DNA from: Fibrobacteria bacterium
Lineage (GTDB): Bacteria; Fibrobacterota; Fibrobacteria; UBA11236
Reading direction: 5' to 3'
NCBI GenBank assembly: GCA_043745805.1
Contig: JAYTSD010000029.1
Location: 1-64,000, forward strand
DNA length: 64,000 bases
In this document: positions 29,542 through 40,043 of the stretch, piece after piece
How positions within the stretch are numbered: the first letter of the stretch is position 1
Layout of the letters: every line of letters begins with the position of its first letter
Notes under the pieces: model-generated
What the model saw: only the letters and a program-made list of their open reading frames with translations
Databases searched by the model: none
What the model was told of the DNA's origin: nothing
Position numbers and translations under genes: made by a program

Positions 29542-31502
29542 AGGTGAATATCACAACAAAAAAATATTTATGCCCATTACGTGTGGCTTGGTATTTAGCC
29601 TTATTTTTTTGCTTAGTCCAATTTTCACGAGCCGAAGTCATTGTCACGTTTACGGGCAATCATTTTTATCGCAATACACAACTCTTAGAATTGTTATCTC
29701 CCGATCCCGAAACCTATACACCCGAAGGTCTGCACACTTGGGAAGATGATGCGCATTTATATATCAATGATCTCTATCGCAAAAATGGTTTTTTCGATGT
29801 GGAGATCACGCTTAAACTTCAACCCACTAAAGACAAGCCAAAAGATTGGGATGCCGCTATTAATATTAATGAGGGGGAACGTTATCATTTTGACAAAGTG
29901 CAAGTTTCTGAACGAGATAGTCTTAAAGTAAAAAGCGGCACACCCTCAACTAACTTGTCAGTCAACATCGATTTGCAAGACCTCAAAGTAAAAACGGGGA
30001 ATATCTATTTTGATGAAAAAATATTCCAAGATAGGCGTTTTCTGATACGCGAATATGGGAATGCCGGATTTATCCGCGCTAAAGTTTATTACAAAACTAC
30101 ACTTAAACCTGAAACCCATGCTATAAAGGTTGATTATTTCGTTGAACCGGCGTATCCCATTGTCTTTGATACGCTTTATGTACGTAACTTACGCGCTTCT
30201 CCTGATGATAACCTAAAAGGTTTGACCAAAAATTCTCTGCTGGCTTCACTTTTTCCTTATCACAGGGGAGACACAGTACGTATTGCTCAAAATGATAGGC
30301 TTATAGAAAAATTACAATATGCCGGAACCTTTAATTATGTAAGGATCAAGGATAGTCTGCTTCCAGGACCCGAGCATCATAGCGCCATCTATCTTTTTGC
30401 CGAAGAACATACGCCAGGTAATATTCACTCCTCGGCTTTTTACGAAACACAATATGGACCGGGTGTATCTTTGGATTTGCGCCATAGTAACGTTGCAGGT
30501 ACTCTAAAAGAATTGCGAGGCGGTTCCTCGGTAGCTGTGGACAAACAGAACTCATATCTAGGCTTTGGTTCCCCACTTACTTTGGGTTTATTGGTACGTT
30601 TCGACGAGGACTTAGATTTCAATTGGCTACAAGACCAACCCGTGCATAAAAAAGAAGGTCTTTGGGGTGGCGATTTTGAAGCCACCAATAGTATGCGGCT
30701 TACTTGGCCTTGGTCTTATTGGTTGCGCCTAGTCACCAATGCCGAATTAAAATCCCAAAGCCGTATGCTCAGTGAAAGCGATAGAGAACGATCCTTGGAT
30801 TTAAACTTTATTCAAACGAGCTTCTTTACTTTTGTGAATCAATCCTTAGATCCAACCCGTGGCTTGCGCTATGCTTTAAGCTGGGGTAATGGCGGACATT
30901 TTATTGAAAATAGTCAATTTTATTTATCCAAGCATCGCCACAATTGGTTAGAATTACAGTCCTCATATTATTACTACTTTCATTCACTTCCCCAAATAAA
31001 ATTTGCCATGCGTTTAAATGGAGGACGTTTTTTTGGAGAAGGAGAAACTAATTCAGATCGATTTTATTTAGGCGGTGGCCGCAATGTACGCAGCTATGCT
31101 TATCAAGCTTTATGTCCCGATACCTTGCTCGTTCCCAGCCCTAATGATTCTACACAAAACGTAACCGTTTGCTCCGATAAAAACTTAACCGCCGCCTATT
31201 TTCTCAGCTCCTATGAGTTACGTTTTGCCCCCTTTGATTTCCGCTATATACGCGCACTTGGCCCCTTACGCTTTTTAAAGCCTTTGGAAATTGTCCCTTT
31301 TTATGATTTTGGAAAAGTATGGAATGTCGAGAAAGGTTTTTCTTGGTCTTCCCAACAACATGGCCAAGGCTATGCCTATGGCTGGGGATTACGTTATCCG
31401 TTACTGGGTGTTTTTAATTTACGTTTCGATTTGGCCTATGGTGCTCCGGGCAATGGCTACTGGCCGGATCAATGGGTAGTTGATTTGGCGCAGGCTTTTT
31501 GA
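29538..31502 (+). CDS. Omp85-family (TamA/BamA-like) outer membrane protein
   Basis: POTRA-like motifs (FTGN, LYRKNGFF, INEGERY, YGNAGF); RFYLGGGRNVRSY; FYDFGKVW; C-terminal LAQAF. Confidence 0.85.
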   Translation: MKVNITTKKYLCPLRVAWYLALFFCLVQFSRAEVIVTFTGNHFYRNTQLLELLSPDPETYTPEGLHTWEDDAHLYINDLYRKNGFFDVEITLKLQPTKDKPKDWDAAININEGERYHFDKVQVSERDSLKVKSGTPSTNLSVNIDLQDLKVKTGNIYFDEKIFQDRRFLIREYGNAGFIRAKVYYKTTLKPETHAIKVDYFVEPAYPIVFDTLYVRNLRASPDDNLKGLTKNSLLASLFPYHRGDTVRIAQNDRLIEKLQYAGTFNYVRIKDSLLPGPEHHSAIYLFAEEHTPGNIHSSAFYETQYGPGVSLDLRHSNVAGTLKELRGGSSVAVDKQNSYLGFGSPLTLGLLVRFDEDLDFNWLQDQPVHKKEGLWGGDFEATNSMRLTWPWSYWLRLVTNAELKSQSRMLSESDRERSLDLNFIQTSFFTFVNQSLDPTRGLRYALSWGNGGHFIENSQFYLSKHRHNWLELQSSYYYYFHSLPQIKFAMRLNGGRFFGEGETNSDRFYLGGGRNVRSYAYQALCPDTLLVPSPNDSTQNVTVCSDKNLTAAYFLSSYELRFAPFDFRYIRALGPLRFLKPLEIVPFYDFGKVWNVEKGFSWSSQQHGQGYAYGWGLRYPLLGVFNLRFDLAYGAPGNGYWPDQWVVDLAQAF

Positions 31503-31505
31503 AGT

Positions 31506-32126
31506 TTATTCTTTCAAAGTAGTCATGTATAATTTATTGATGCGAATATAATCTATTACTTGGATGCATAAATCTTGCTTTACGATTTCAAAATTACCAT
31601 TCATCAGAGCTTTACGAATTTCAGTTGAAGAACATCCTGGAATATTATCCGCTTCCTTTAAATAAAGATGCGGTGGCTTTTTATACCATACATCATTTTG
31701 AACTAAGGGTTCCCCTTTGCGTGGAATGACAACTACATTACATTCTGCTATTAATTTTTCGGATTGTTTCCATTTATGAAAGCTTTTTGCATTATCCTCG
31801 CCAATGATCAGGGAGAATTTAATGTTTAAAAACTCTGGATCAGATTGTAAACGCTGAATCAATTCATAAGTTGAACCTTGCATTTTATTTTTAATTTCAT
31901 AATCGCATACCGTTATACCCTTTTCATCCTGTACAGCTAAGCGACACATTTCCAAACGATCTTGTGTAGAAACCATTTCCTTTGCGTAAATATGTTTGTA
32001 ACATGGAAGTAACCATACTTCATCAAACAAATTAGTTTCGTTCAACACCCAATGTGCCACCTGTACATGACCTTTATGAATAGGATTAAATGCCCCACCG
32101 TATAACGCCACTTTAGTGATTTTCAT
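31506..32126 (-). CDS. nadD: nicotinate-nucleotide adenylyltransferase
   Basis: GGAFNPIHKGH, IIGEDN, SSTEIR. Confidence 0.92.
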   Translation of the reverse strand: MKITKVALYGGAFNPIHKGHVQVAHWVLNETNLFDEVWLLPCYKHIYAKEMVSTQDRLEMCRLAVQDEKGITVCDYEIKNKMQGSTYELIQRLQSDPEFLNIKFSLIIGEDNAKSFHKWKQSEKLIAECNVVVIPRKGEPLVQNDVWYKKPPHLYLKEADNIPGCSSTEIRKALMNGNFEIVKQDLCIQVIDYIRINKLYMTTLKE

Positions 32127-32156
32127 TATTTTTTCGAATCCAAAGGTAAGATACCA

Positions 32157-32834
32157 CTACTTCCCTTTTTTCTTAAAAACCGCCTGCATAAGCTTACACA
32201 TATTCCCTGGGAAATTTTTACAAATGTCCTCAAAGGGCTTACCCTTATCCTTCTGCCAGAGAGTACTGAATTTATCATCAATAGGCTGCAATAGTTTTAT
32301 GCAAAGCTGAATATCGTCCACAGGAATATCCTGTAAGAGAATGTTACCCACTTTGGCGAATTGTTCATAACAGGCAAAAAGAACTTTTTCACCTTTGGGG
32401 GTTATACTTAATCTTTTTGAGCGCTTATCTTGCACATCCTCTTTTTCTTTGACATAACCCATTTTTATGAGATCATCTAAAATCGCTAAACCGGTGGAAA
32501 GCTCTTGAATGTTACAGTAAATCACTTCCGTTTTACGCGGATCTTTCATTTGAAAGATATAATTCAAAAAATAAAATTCTTCCAAACGCTTCGCACCTGT
32601 ATCCTTCATGGCCGAATCCATATACACCGAACTTATTTTCATAATTCGTCCCATTAGTTTTAGCAGGACTAAATCCGGACTGGGAGGAATCATTTGTCCT
32701 CCAAAGAGTTTGGAGTTATTTGATTGTTCTCGATTTTGAAGCAGGTAGGCGCTACAGAAGTCCTCTAGGCTGGCTTTAGGGTTTTTGCCCTCAAATTCCG
32801 CCCAATGATTCAATAATTCGACTGTTTTATTCAT
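32157..32834 (-). CDS. MarR-family regulator
   Basis: D..DKRSKRLSITPKG wing motif. Confidence 0.85.
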   Translation of the reverse strand: MNKTVELLNHWAEFEGKNPKASLEDFCSAYLLQNREQSNNSKLFGGQMIPPSPDLVLLKLMGRIMKISSVYMDSAMKDTGAKRLEEFYFLNYIFQMKDPRKTEVIYCNIQELSTGLAILDDLIKMGYVKEKEDVQDKRSKRLSITPKGEKVLFACYEQFAKVGNILLQDIPVDDIQLCIKLLQPIDDKFSTLWQKDKGKPFEDICKNFPGNMCKLMQAVFKKKGK

Positions 32835-33280
32835 TTATAGCCTTTGCATGCCTTTTTAACACCGTTGCAATATATAAAATGCCCGAATAGTTGCCAGTTA
32901 CATCGGTTTAGATATAGTTTTATTATTATAACATCAGAACAGATATAAAAAACATGATTCTTTTAACCCCACAATTTAATCGGACGTTTTAACATGCCGT
33001 TGCTAATGCTTAAACTTTTATTTGTCATTACCTCCTTAAGCTTGCAAGCTAAGTATTCTCCATTATACACTACGCCAACTCCTATTGCAGAGGATTCACT
33101 CACTACACATAAATTGCACAGCGCCAATATTGCAAAAGAAGATTCAAACGCTAAATTAAATTTGGCAAATTTTTATTGCGCTTCCGATTCTGGACAGAAA
33201 AAATAATGCGAAAATATTTCTGTTACATTTCGATACAATCTATTGCGGCAATGTTTACAACCAGAAAGCATATTTTTTAA

Positions 33281-33841
33281 ATGAATTTATTCCCCGTCCA
33301 TCCTGAAAAATTAAAGCAATTGATTTTGCATATTTGTCGTTTGTACAAAGCAAACTCGGCTTTTAACTTAGCGGATCTCGGGAATATTTTATTCTATGCC
33401 GATTTTAACCATTTCAAAAACTATGGGTTCCCAATTACCGGACAAGCCTATATCAAACAGCTCGATGGCTTTGCACCCACTAGACTGCTGTCACTATGCC
33501 AACAAATGCATACGCAAAAAAAAATCAATTTAAGCTCCTTGCAAACGGCAAGTTTTTCGGCGGTTAAAATTAAGGCTTATACTAATGCAGCTTTAAATTT
33601 ATTCGATGGACAAGAAATTGCTTTGGTAGATGAAATCATTTTTCATTTTCACAAACAAAAATTTATTACGCCACTTTCGCCTCACTATATTGCAGGCACG
33701 GAGCTTATTCATCTGCAAGAAGACATCCCTTATTATTTGGCTTTGATCGAAAACAAACGTTTTCACCCTAATGCCTATGAAGCCAAATACGCAGAACAAT
33801 TAAAAACATTAGCGCATCAATCGAGGGTTTTAACATTATGA
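33281..33841 (+). CDS. Panacea/SocA (DUF4065)-like antitoxin domain protein
   Basis: KLKQLILHI..LGNILFYADF..YGFPITG..Y....GFAP. Confidence 0.7.
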   Translation: MNLFPVHPEKLKQLILHICRLYKANSAFNLADLGNILFYADFNHFKNYGFPITGQAYIKQLDGFAPTRLLSLCQQMHTQKKINLSSLQTASFSAVKIKAYTNAALNLFDGQEIALVDEIIFHFHKQKFITPLSPHYIAGTELIHLQEDIPYYLALIENKRFHPNAYEAKYAEQLKTLAHQSRVLTL

Positions 33842-34137
33842 AATGGAATGTATTAGCCTTACCCAAATTTAATGCGCAATTCGAATTGATAAAATCAAAA
33901 ATCAGAAGGGCCGATGAGTTTATGGAAGGGGCGAAATGGATTTTGGAACGTGATGCTTTGCGAGGGGTAACCGTTTGTGAAAACCCGCCGGTATTTGCTT
34001 TGGGAATCAATGCCATGGCGGAAAAGACAGCAATATCCGTATACTATACGGTGTCCTTCCAAAATGTTTATTTACTCTCTATTGCTACGTCCTCGGTTAA
34101 AATGAATTCTAAAGGTCGTATACCGAGTGAGCTTTAG
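33838..34137 (+). CDS. small protein, possible RelE/ParE-like toxin
   Basis: 99 aa; ATGA overlap with upstream gene; W.V...PKF..., ISVYYTV...VYLLSI. Confidence 0.55.
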   Translation: MKWNVLALPKFNAQFELIKSKIRRADEFMEGAKWILERDALRGVTVCENPPVFALGINAMAEKTAISVYYTVSFQNVYLLSIATSSVKMNSKGRIPSEL

Positions 34138-35336
34138 CCAAATTCGGCTTCACCTGAGGATTTTGTTTTGGATTCACTTTTTAGGCGCATAGGTAACAAA
34201 TACGAAGCTCCAGGCAAACCTCTCCAATCAAAGGGTTTGTGAGGCAACGCTAAGCTATAACGCAAACGCGGAAAATCTGCGAGCAACCATTGTACAAACC
34301 AAGCCATGATATACGAACATCCCGTAACCATAATGATGCGAAAAAACAAATCGAATAAAGACACTTCCCAAAAAGCAAACTCAACCCATCGTAAAAAATG
34401 CGTGTGAACTAAATATACAAAAAAGGTATACGGCGCTAAATGCGTAAAGATGAATTGAAAATTTTTATTCGCATAAATGGTTTGCTCTAACCATGGCTTG
34501 ATTTTTAAAAAAACTAACAAAGATGCGGCACAATAAAGCATAATAGACCAACGATTGCAATGATCAATATTCCAAAGCTCTTTACCATAAGCGAGATTAA
34601 TTTGCACTTCCGCATTGATAAGCGCAAAACAAAACAACCAAAAAAGCCAAGCTTGCTTAGGGCTATAACTCTCTACAATTTTTTCAATCCATTCTTGATT
34701 CCAAGCCACAAACATTCCTGCATAACAAAAGAACCAATGTAAGATGAGCCAGTTAGGATGAAAGTGTAGAGGCGATATTCCTAGGGCATCAGCAAAGGTT
34801 TCGCTTGGAGCCATCAACAATAAATGCAAACCTAAAAATAAAACAAAACATGATTTGGATTTTGCTAAGCGATAAACCCAAGGGAAGATCATATACAACT
34901 GAAATAAGACTATGAGGAAATAATATTGATAATCAAAGCCTTCGAAAAAAACGAAACGTAACACATCGGTTAAGCTGCCAAGAGCATTATTTTTCCAAGG
35001 CAAGCCCAAGACATAATCTACATGACGAAAGCTGGTTATAGCCGTCCACATTAAGAAGGGAACAAATATTTTTAATAAGCGTTTTCGATAATACTGATTT
35101 ACATCTAAAGGCTTGGAGCTACCGACATATTTAGCGGTTAATCCAAAACCTGAGAGAAATAGAAAAAGTGGGACCGTGAAACGTGAAAGTTGATCGAGAT
35201 AAGTCGTGAAATAATTTAAACTCCAAAGTGTTTGATTCTTGGCATATTGTTCCACCCAATAATGTACGCTATGCACAACGATCACCGCAATGCTTGCAAT
35301 AACGCGTAAAAAATCTCCATCTTTTTTGGTGACCAT
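34134..35336 (-). CDS. acyltransferase-3 (OafA-like) membrane O-acyltransferase
   Basis: DFLRVIA...VH, RFTVPLFLFLSGF, KRLLKI, YFL...QLY, FFVYLVH. Confidence 0.88.
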   Translation of the reverse strand: MVTKKDGDFLRVIASIAVIVVHSVHYWVEQYAKNQTLWSLNYFTTYLDQLSRFTVPLFLFLSGFGLTAKYVGSSKPLDVNQYYRKRLLKIFVPFLMWTAITSFRHVDYVLGLPWKNNALGSLTDVLRFVFFEGFDYQYYFLIVLFQLYMIFPWVYRLAKSKSCFVLFLGLHLLLMAPSETFADALGISPLHFHPNWLILHWFFCYAGMFVAWNQEWIEKIVESYSPKQAWLFWLFCFALINAEVQINLAYGKELWNIDHCNRWSIMLYCAASLLVFLKIKPWLEQTIYANKNFQFIFTHLAPYTFFVYLVHTHFLRWVEFAFWEVSLFDLFFRIIMVTGCSYIMAWFVQWLLADFPRLRYSLALPHKPFDWRGLPGASYLLPMRLKSESKTKSSGEAEFG

Positions 35337-35512
35337 TAATTCTCACTCCAAAGGTTCTTTATCCTAAGCGATAAATCCTTAGCACTATAATTTTGACCAA
35401 GGGAAGGAGAAATTTACCACTTCATGAAGAGTTTGTAAATCAAAGTTTGGCGTAAAAGTTTTTTAATTTCAGTCCAAGCATTGCCTTTGAAAGGAGGTGT
35501 TTTATGATTTTT

Positions 35513-37939
35513 TTAGTGTGGAGCGAGCGCTTTCCCGTTTATCCAAACACGATAGAATTGACCAGGTATAGTTGGTATGCTTTGATGTTTTAGCGACTCG
35601 AATTGGCCTGCATCCAATACAGACTCAAAAACCACATTGGAGCGCCCCAAACCATCTAAACGAATCACTTTCACTGCTTTAGGTTGCGACCAATCATTTG
35701 GCAATAAAAACATTTGCTTTCCCATTTTCCAAAAATTATTGCTAACCGTTGGTCTTACAGCAACCGGATGAGCTTCCGTAACAGTCATGTTAACGCGCGC
35801 GCGCAAGGTAGTTGTACCCAAAGCTTTAAATCGCAGATTAAAACTTCCACGCTGTGTATCTTTGGGTGTCCAAATTAATTTGCGACTGCTGGCATCAAAA
35901 GTCAAACCCTCCATTACCATGGGTGAGGCATAAATATAATTCGCCGCAAGGGCAGGGTTACTCAATCCCACGTTGTATTCGATTTTTTCATCGGATTTCC
36001 AATTAATGTGAGTGGAGTCCTGAACCACCAAATTAGGAAGTGTTTGCAAATAAAAATCCAAACCTTTAGCCATATTCAAACGTCCACCGGTAATCGTTTT
36101 ATTGGCATAAGCCGGAACTTGCGTGATACCTTCTAAAGCTTTAGCCCTTGTCCAAGTAATGCCCATTCTATCACAAGCTAATTTATGTAAAGCCACATAA
36201 GCTGTAACCAAAGGCGCAGCAACAGAAGTACCCGAGACAGTAACATAATTGACAGTAGAAGCCAAAGCCGGATCACTCACTTTAATACTAAGGCCATCTA
36301 TTTTTAAAGCTCTGCCGGTTACCGAAATATTATTGTTCAACACGGTACGAAAACGAAGTAATATTTTACTTCCTTTATAAGCCTCCAAAGAATAGGAAAG
36401 CATGCGCGCAGGCATGATTTTACTGGTCAGCGCTGCAACCACTTGCCAAGTTGCATTGGGTACATCTTGGCTGGCTTCTACTACTACGTTATCATAAGTG
36501 TTGGCAGGCGTATATTCTACTTGGAAGTATAATGTCGTTCCTTCTTGATTCGTTAAATCAATACTCTTAGCCATGGTCATAGTGGTGTTTTTTCCCGACT
36601 TCCAAATAATACATTGAGGAGGATCGATAGGATTATCCAAGCTCAATGCAAAGTCTCCGGGATTGGAAAAAACCCATTTGGATAAATCTTCATTGAACCA
36701 ATCGGACCATAAAATTTTGCGGGCCGGAATATCCGCAGTGGCCACCATTTCGCCTGGAGCAGCTAAATGCACTACATTTTTTCCATAATTTGAAAAGCCA
36801 CTTAAAGTGTCCGCAGGTGTGAAAGCCGCTACCACTATGGTATTTTCATAGTTATAAGAAATTGGGGCGGGAGTATTGGTGTTAATGTCTAAGCCATTAT
36901 TACCTGCGGCCACGATGATGGGAATATTTTTATTTCGCGCTGCGGCAAAGGCATTACGCATAGCAAGAATATCACCGTTACCTCCAATGCTAAAATTAAT
37001 AGCCATAGCCCCATTATTCACCGCATATTGAATGCCTCGGGCAATGGCCGCTTGATCGCCATGCCCGCCCGCATCCAAAACCCTCACCGGCATAATTTTC
37101 ACTTCCGCTAAAACCCCAGTCATTCCCTCTTCATTATCAAAATTAGCGGCAATGACAGAGCTTACTACAGTGCCATGAGCCTGATAATCTTGGGGATTAT
37201 TATCATTATCCACAAAATCCCAGCCTAAAGAATCATCGATATATCCATTCCCATCATCATCAATACCAGGCTTTCCAAGCGATTCGGCTTTATTAATCCA
37301 ATGATGACCTTTTAATTCCGGATGATTAAAATCGATTCCTGCGTCGATAACCGCAATGACTAAAGTATCAGCACCAGAAAACTTATCCCATACTGGCTCC
37401 ACATTAATATCCGCGCCTGCCACAGGTTTAAAGCCCATAAAAGCTCCGCCAGGAAACGTTTCTCCAGGGTTATGCAAGGCCCATTGCGGACTTTTCGCAT
37501 ACATCGAATCATTGGGAACATAACTGGCAAATGCGGTAGGAATAGCCTGTAAACTTAGGCCATGTTGTTTGTGAAAATAGTCCGCCAACAAGTTGGCTAT
37601 GCTTTGACTGGGGGGATTTTTTTTTCCGCCTAAAACGCGACGGGCAAAACTTGGAGAAACCACTATTCTAGAACCCTTTAGTGACCAATCCCCAACTTGG
37701 CCATTTTCTGCTTGCATGCTTTTTCTAAAAAGCGTTTTGTCTTGCGAAGCCAAAGCCTCGAATTGTAAAGGTAAGAAGCGAGCCGAATATTCGATATCAG
37801 GCTTTTGCAAAGCCTTCTGTGCCGCAGTAAGATTTACTTGCGAGGATTTGGCTTCACTGAGCTTTGAAGTAATAGTTAAGGTGTAAAAAAAACATACTAC
37901 TGCGAATAAACTAGGCAAAAATTTACGATTAAAAGTCAT
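35513..37939 (-). CDS. secreted S8 subtilisin-like protease with inserted beta-sandwich and C-terminal Ig-like domains
   Basis: Triad VIDAG / HGT / SGTSVA; DDDGNGYIDD Ca loop; AAGN; FSNYG; LAAPG. Confidence 0.9.
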   Translation of the reverse strand: MTFNRKFLPSLFAVVCFFYTLTITSKLSEAKSSQVNLTAAQKALQKPDIEYSARFLPLQFEALASQDKTLFRKSMQAENGQVGDWSLKGSRIVVSPSFARRVLGGKKNPPSQSIANLLADYFHKQHGLSLQAIPTAFASYVPNDSMYAKSPQWALHNPGETFPGGAFMGFKPVAGADINVEPVWDKFSGADTLVIAVIDAGIDFNHPELKGHHWINKAESLGKPGIDDDGNGYIDDSLGWDFVDNDNNPQDYQAHGTVVSSVIAANFDNEEGMTGVLAEVKIMPVRVLDAGGHGDQAAIARGIQYAVNNGAMAINFSIGGNGDILAMRNAFAAARNKNIPIIVAAGNNGLDINTNTPAPISYNYENTIVVAAFTPADTLSGFSNYGKNVVHLAAPGEMVATADIPARKILWSDWFNEDLSKWVFSNPGDFALSLDNPIDPPQCIIWKSGKNTTMTMAKSIDLTNQEGTTLYFQVEYTPANTYDNVVVEASQDVPNATWQVVAALTSKIMPARMLSYSLEAYKGSKILLRFRTVLNNNISVTGRALKIDGLSIKVSDPALASTVNYVTVSGTSVAAPLVTAYVALHKLACDRMGITWTRAKALEGITQVPAYANKTITGGRLNMAKGLDFYLQTLPNLVVQDSTHINWKSDEKIEYNVGLSNPALAANYIYASPMVMEGLTFDASSRKLIWTPKDTQRGSFNLRFKALGTTTLRARVNMTVTEAHPVAVRPTVSNNFWKMGKQMFLLPNDWSQPKAVKVIRLDGLGRSNVVFESVLDAGQFESLKHQSIPTIPGQFYRVWINGKALAPH

Positions 37940-38174
37940 GCACTAAGTATAAGGGATAAGCCTCAAATAAGCTTTTTGTTTATCCGTCATTTTTATAGAA
38001 AATAGGGGAAAACTTTATTTTTTTCGCTTAAGTTGTACCCAATAAGGCAAGTCATTTCCATTTAATATCTTTTGAATAAAATAATTCGCCTGAAAAACCT
38101 TAAATTTGTACAAATTCGACACTTATGACCTCATATTTTCGATTACATTAATTGCAAACTTAAGGGGGTAGTAA

Positions 38175-38894
38175 ATGATAAAAGCGAATTTTCTTCGTTA
38201 TGGATTAATAGCCGTGATAAGTATCGCAATAGGTTGTTCTTCGACTAGTCAAATTCACCCTAAAATCCCGAAAACAGATGATTTATTGGAGCTACTAACT
38301 GGCTTTGGAGAATCGCTGTCAAAAAAGAATTTCACTTTAGCGGCTGAGTATTTGACTCCTGAAGATCGAAATTTATTGATGGATTCGGAAGGCAATGTTC
38401 CCGAAGATAAACAAAAACTTTTATTGGCCTTGCCCTTACAAAAACTTATTCGTCATCCTTCGGTTCATGTGGAGAATGGGCACATTGCCGGCATCTATGC
38501 TTTATTGCCTAATACTAAAAGCACTGGCACAAGCGATGCCGCTGCAGCACCTACCGAAGATTATTCCGGAATAAGTGAAGCCGCAGTTACACCTACTCCT
38601 GAAGTCGCCGCAGAAACTTCCGAAGAAACCCCACAAGAAGGCAACAATATTGGGAGCAATGCCGAGCTACAGGCAGCCACGAAAAAGTTCTTTTCCGCCT
38701 TGCAAAAGAAAAGCTGGACTTCAGCCTTAGCACTTTTAAATGAAGATGAGAGAAAGTTTTTAACCGATGATAAAGGTCGTATTAAAGAAAGCTCCAAGCA
38801 AAGATTATCCCAACTTGATCCCAAGAAAAGTGAGGGCTTAACTTTGCAAGACGGAAAAATCACCGGCATAACCTTGCTGTTACCTGCGGATTAA
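38175..38894 (+). CDS. lipoprotein with an internally duplicated domain
   Basis: Lipobox AIGC; two ~75-aa repeats separated by an A/T/P/E-rich linker. Confidence 0.75.
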   Translation: MIKANFLRYGLIAVISIAIGCSSTSQIHPKIPKTDDLLELLTGFGESLSKKNFTLAAEYLTPEDRNLLMDSEGNVPEDKQKLLLALPLQKLIRHPSVHVENGHIAGIYALLPNTKSTGTSDAAAAPTEDYSGISEAAVTPTPEVAAETSEETPQEGNNIGSNAELQAATKKFFSALQKKSWTSALALLNEDERKFLTDDKGRIKESSKQRLSQLDPKKSEGLTLQDGKITGITLLLPAD

Positions 38895-38913
38895 AAAATA
38901 TTTTTATTTATGG

Positions 38914-38938
38914 AGGAATGATTTGAAATATCATTCCT
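38914..38938. terminator. hairpin between convergent genes
   Basis: AGGAATGAT-N7-ATCATTCCT. Confidence 0.5.
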
Positions 38939-39654
38939 TATAGATTTTCACTTGCGTTTATCACCAAATTAGCTCCGTTCACATGAGGTGATGCCTCCAA
39001 TAAATAGGCCACCGCGTCGGCAACTTCTTCTGGCATTAGGAGTTTTTTCAAGGGATGTTTTTCAATTAGCATTTCCATCACTCGCTCGTCAATCTCTTCC
39101 GTCAAGGCTGTTTTCATTAGTGAAGGGGAAACCGTATTGGCAGTAATTCCCAAAGCTGCATTTTCAAACGCCCAGGATTTGCTCAAAGATTGCAAATAGG
39201 CTTTGGCTGCTACATACTCAGATAATCCCAAGGGCGGCTGATTAATTAAATAAGATGTTAGTATTGTAACAATTCTTCCAAATTTGGCTGCTCGAAATTG
39301 TTTAATGACCGCTTGAGTGATTTGAATTACTGGCAGAACATTATGAGTAAATCCAGAAGTAAATACTTCCCTATCAAATTTATGAAAAGGCTTTCGAGTT
39401 AATCCAGTAAAAGCATTATGAATCAGGCCTTGTAATTCGAAGGAGGGGATTTCCGCACATAAAGCCGCTACGGATTTCGCATCAGTGAAGTCACAATATA
39501 CAGTGCTTAAATTGGAAAATTCATTCTGCAAGAGCAGAGCAGTATGTTCAGAACCATGATAAGTTAAAATGATTCGATGAGTGGGATCTTGCAGCAGTTT
39601 TCTAGTTAATGCCAAACCCAATCCAGAAGCGCCACCCGTCAAAAGTATATTCAT
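38938..39654 (-). CDS. SDR-family oxidoreductase (FabG-like)
   Basis: TGGASGLG, HNA, YVAAK, NTVSP. Confidence 0.88.
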   Translation of the reverse strand: MNILLTGGASGLGLALTRKLLQDPTHRIILTYHGSEHTALLLQNEFSNLSTVYCDFTDAKSVAALCAEIPSFELQGLIHNAFTGLTRKPFHKFDREVFTSGFTHNVLPVIQITQAVIKQFRAAKFGRIVTILTSYLINQPPLGLSEYVAAKAYLQSLSKSWAFENAALGITANTVSPSLMKTALTEEIDERVMEMLIEKHPLKKLLMPEEVADAVAYLLEASPHVNGANLVINASENL

Positions 39655-40043
39655 GGCAATAACCCCACACTGACTTTGCCTTTAGCTAAACGCTTCCCAT
39701 GCGAATCCTTGAATTCAAATAAAAATTCCCAAACACCAACAGATTCAAAAAAACCATCCACTACGGCATTCAGAATTATTGGTTCCGCCAAATAAACGGG
39801 TTTAAGATATTTTATCTCCTGTGAATGAATAATCACATTTTTAATTGGCAAGCCTTCGCCTACAAAATAGGACAAGAATCCACCAAGAATATTTCCATGC
39901 ATCACCTTTCCAGCGAAGCCTTTGGATCTAGCATAATCGTCGTCCACATGTAGCGGATTTCGATCGGCAAAAGTATCGATGAATTTTTTGTGTAAGTTGG
40001 CATCCACTAAAAACTCTTGGATAAAAGAATCACCTTGCTTCAT
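39651..40043 (-). CDS. MaoC-like hot-dog dehydratase
   Basis: DRNPLHVD..A...GF...VMHG; YLKPVY. Confidence 0.88.
   Translation of the reverse strand: MKQGDSFIQEFLVDANLHKKFIDTFADRNPLHVDDDYARSKGFAGKVMHGNILGGFLSYFVGEGLPIKNVIIHSQEIKYLKPVYLAEPIILNAVVDGFFESVGVWEFLFEFKDSHGKRLAKGKVSVGLLP

Noticed and set aside
32994-33252. 70-aa ORF and scattered TATTGC words upstream of the Panacea-like gene
   Set aside because: No family or clear RBS; irregular spacing in AT-rich DNA; the TTGGC...TTGC there has GG-N12-GC, not sigma54 spacing
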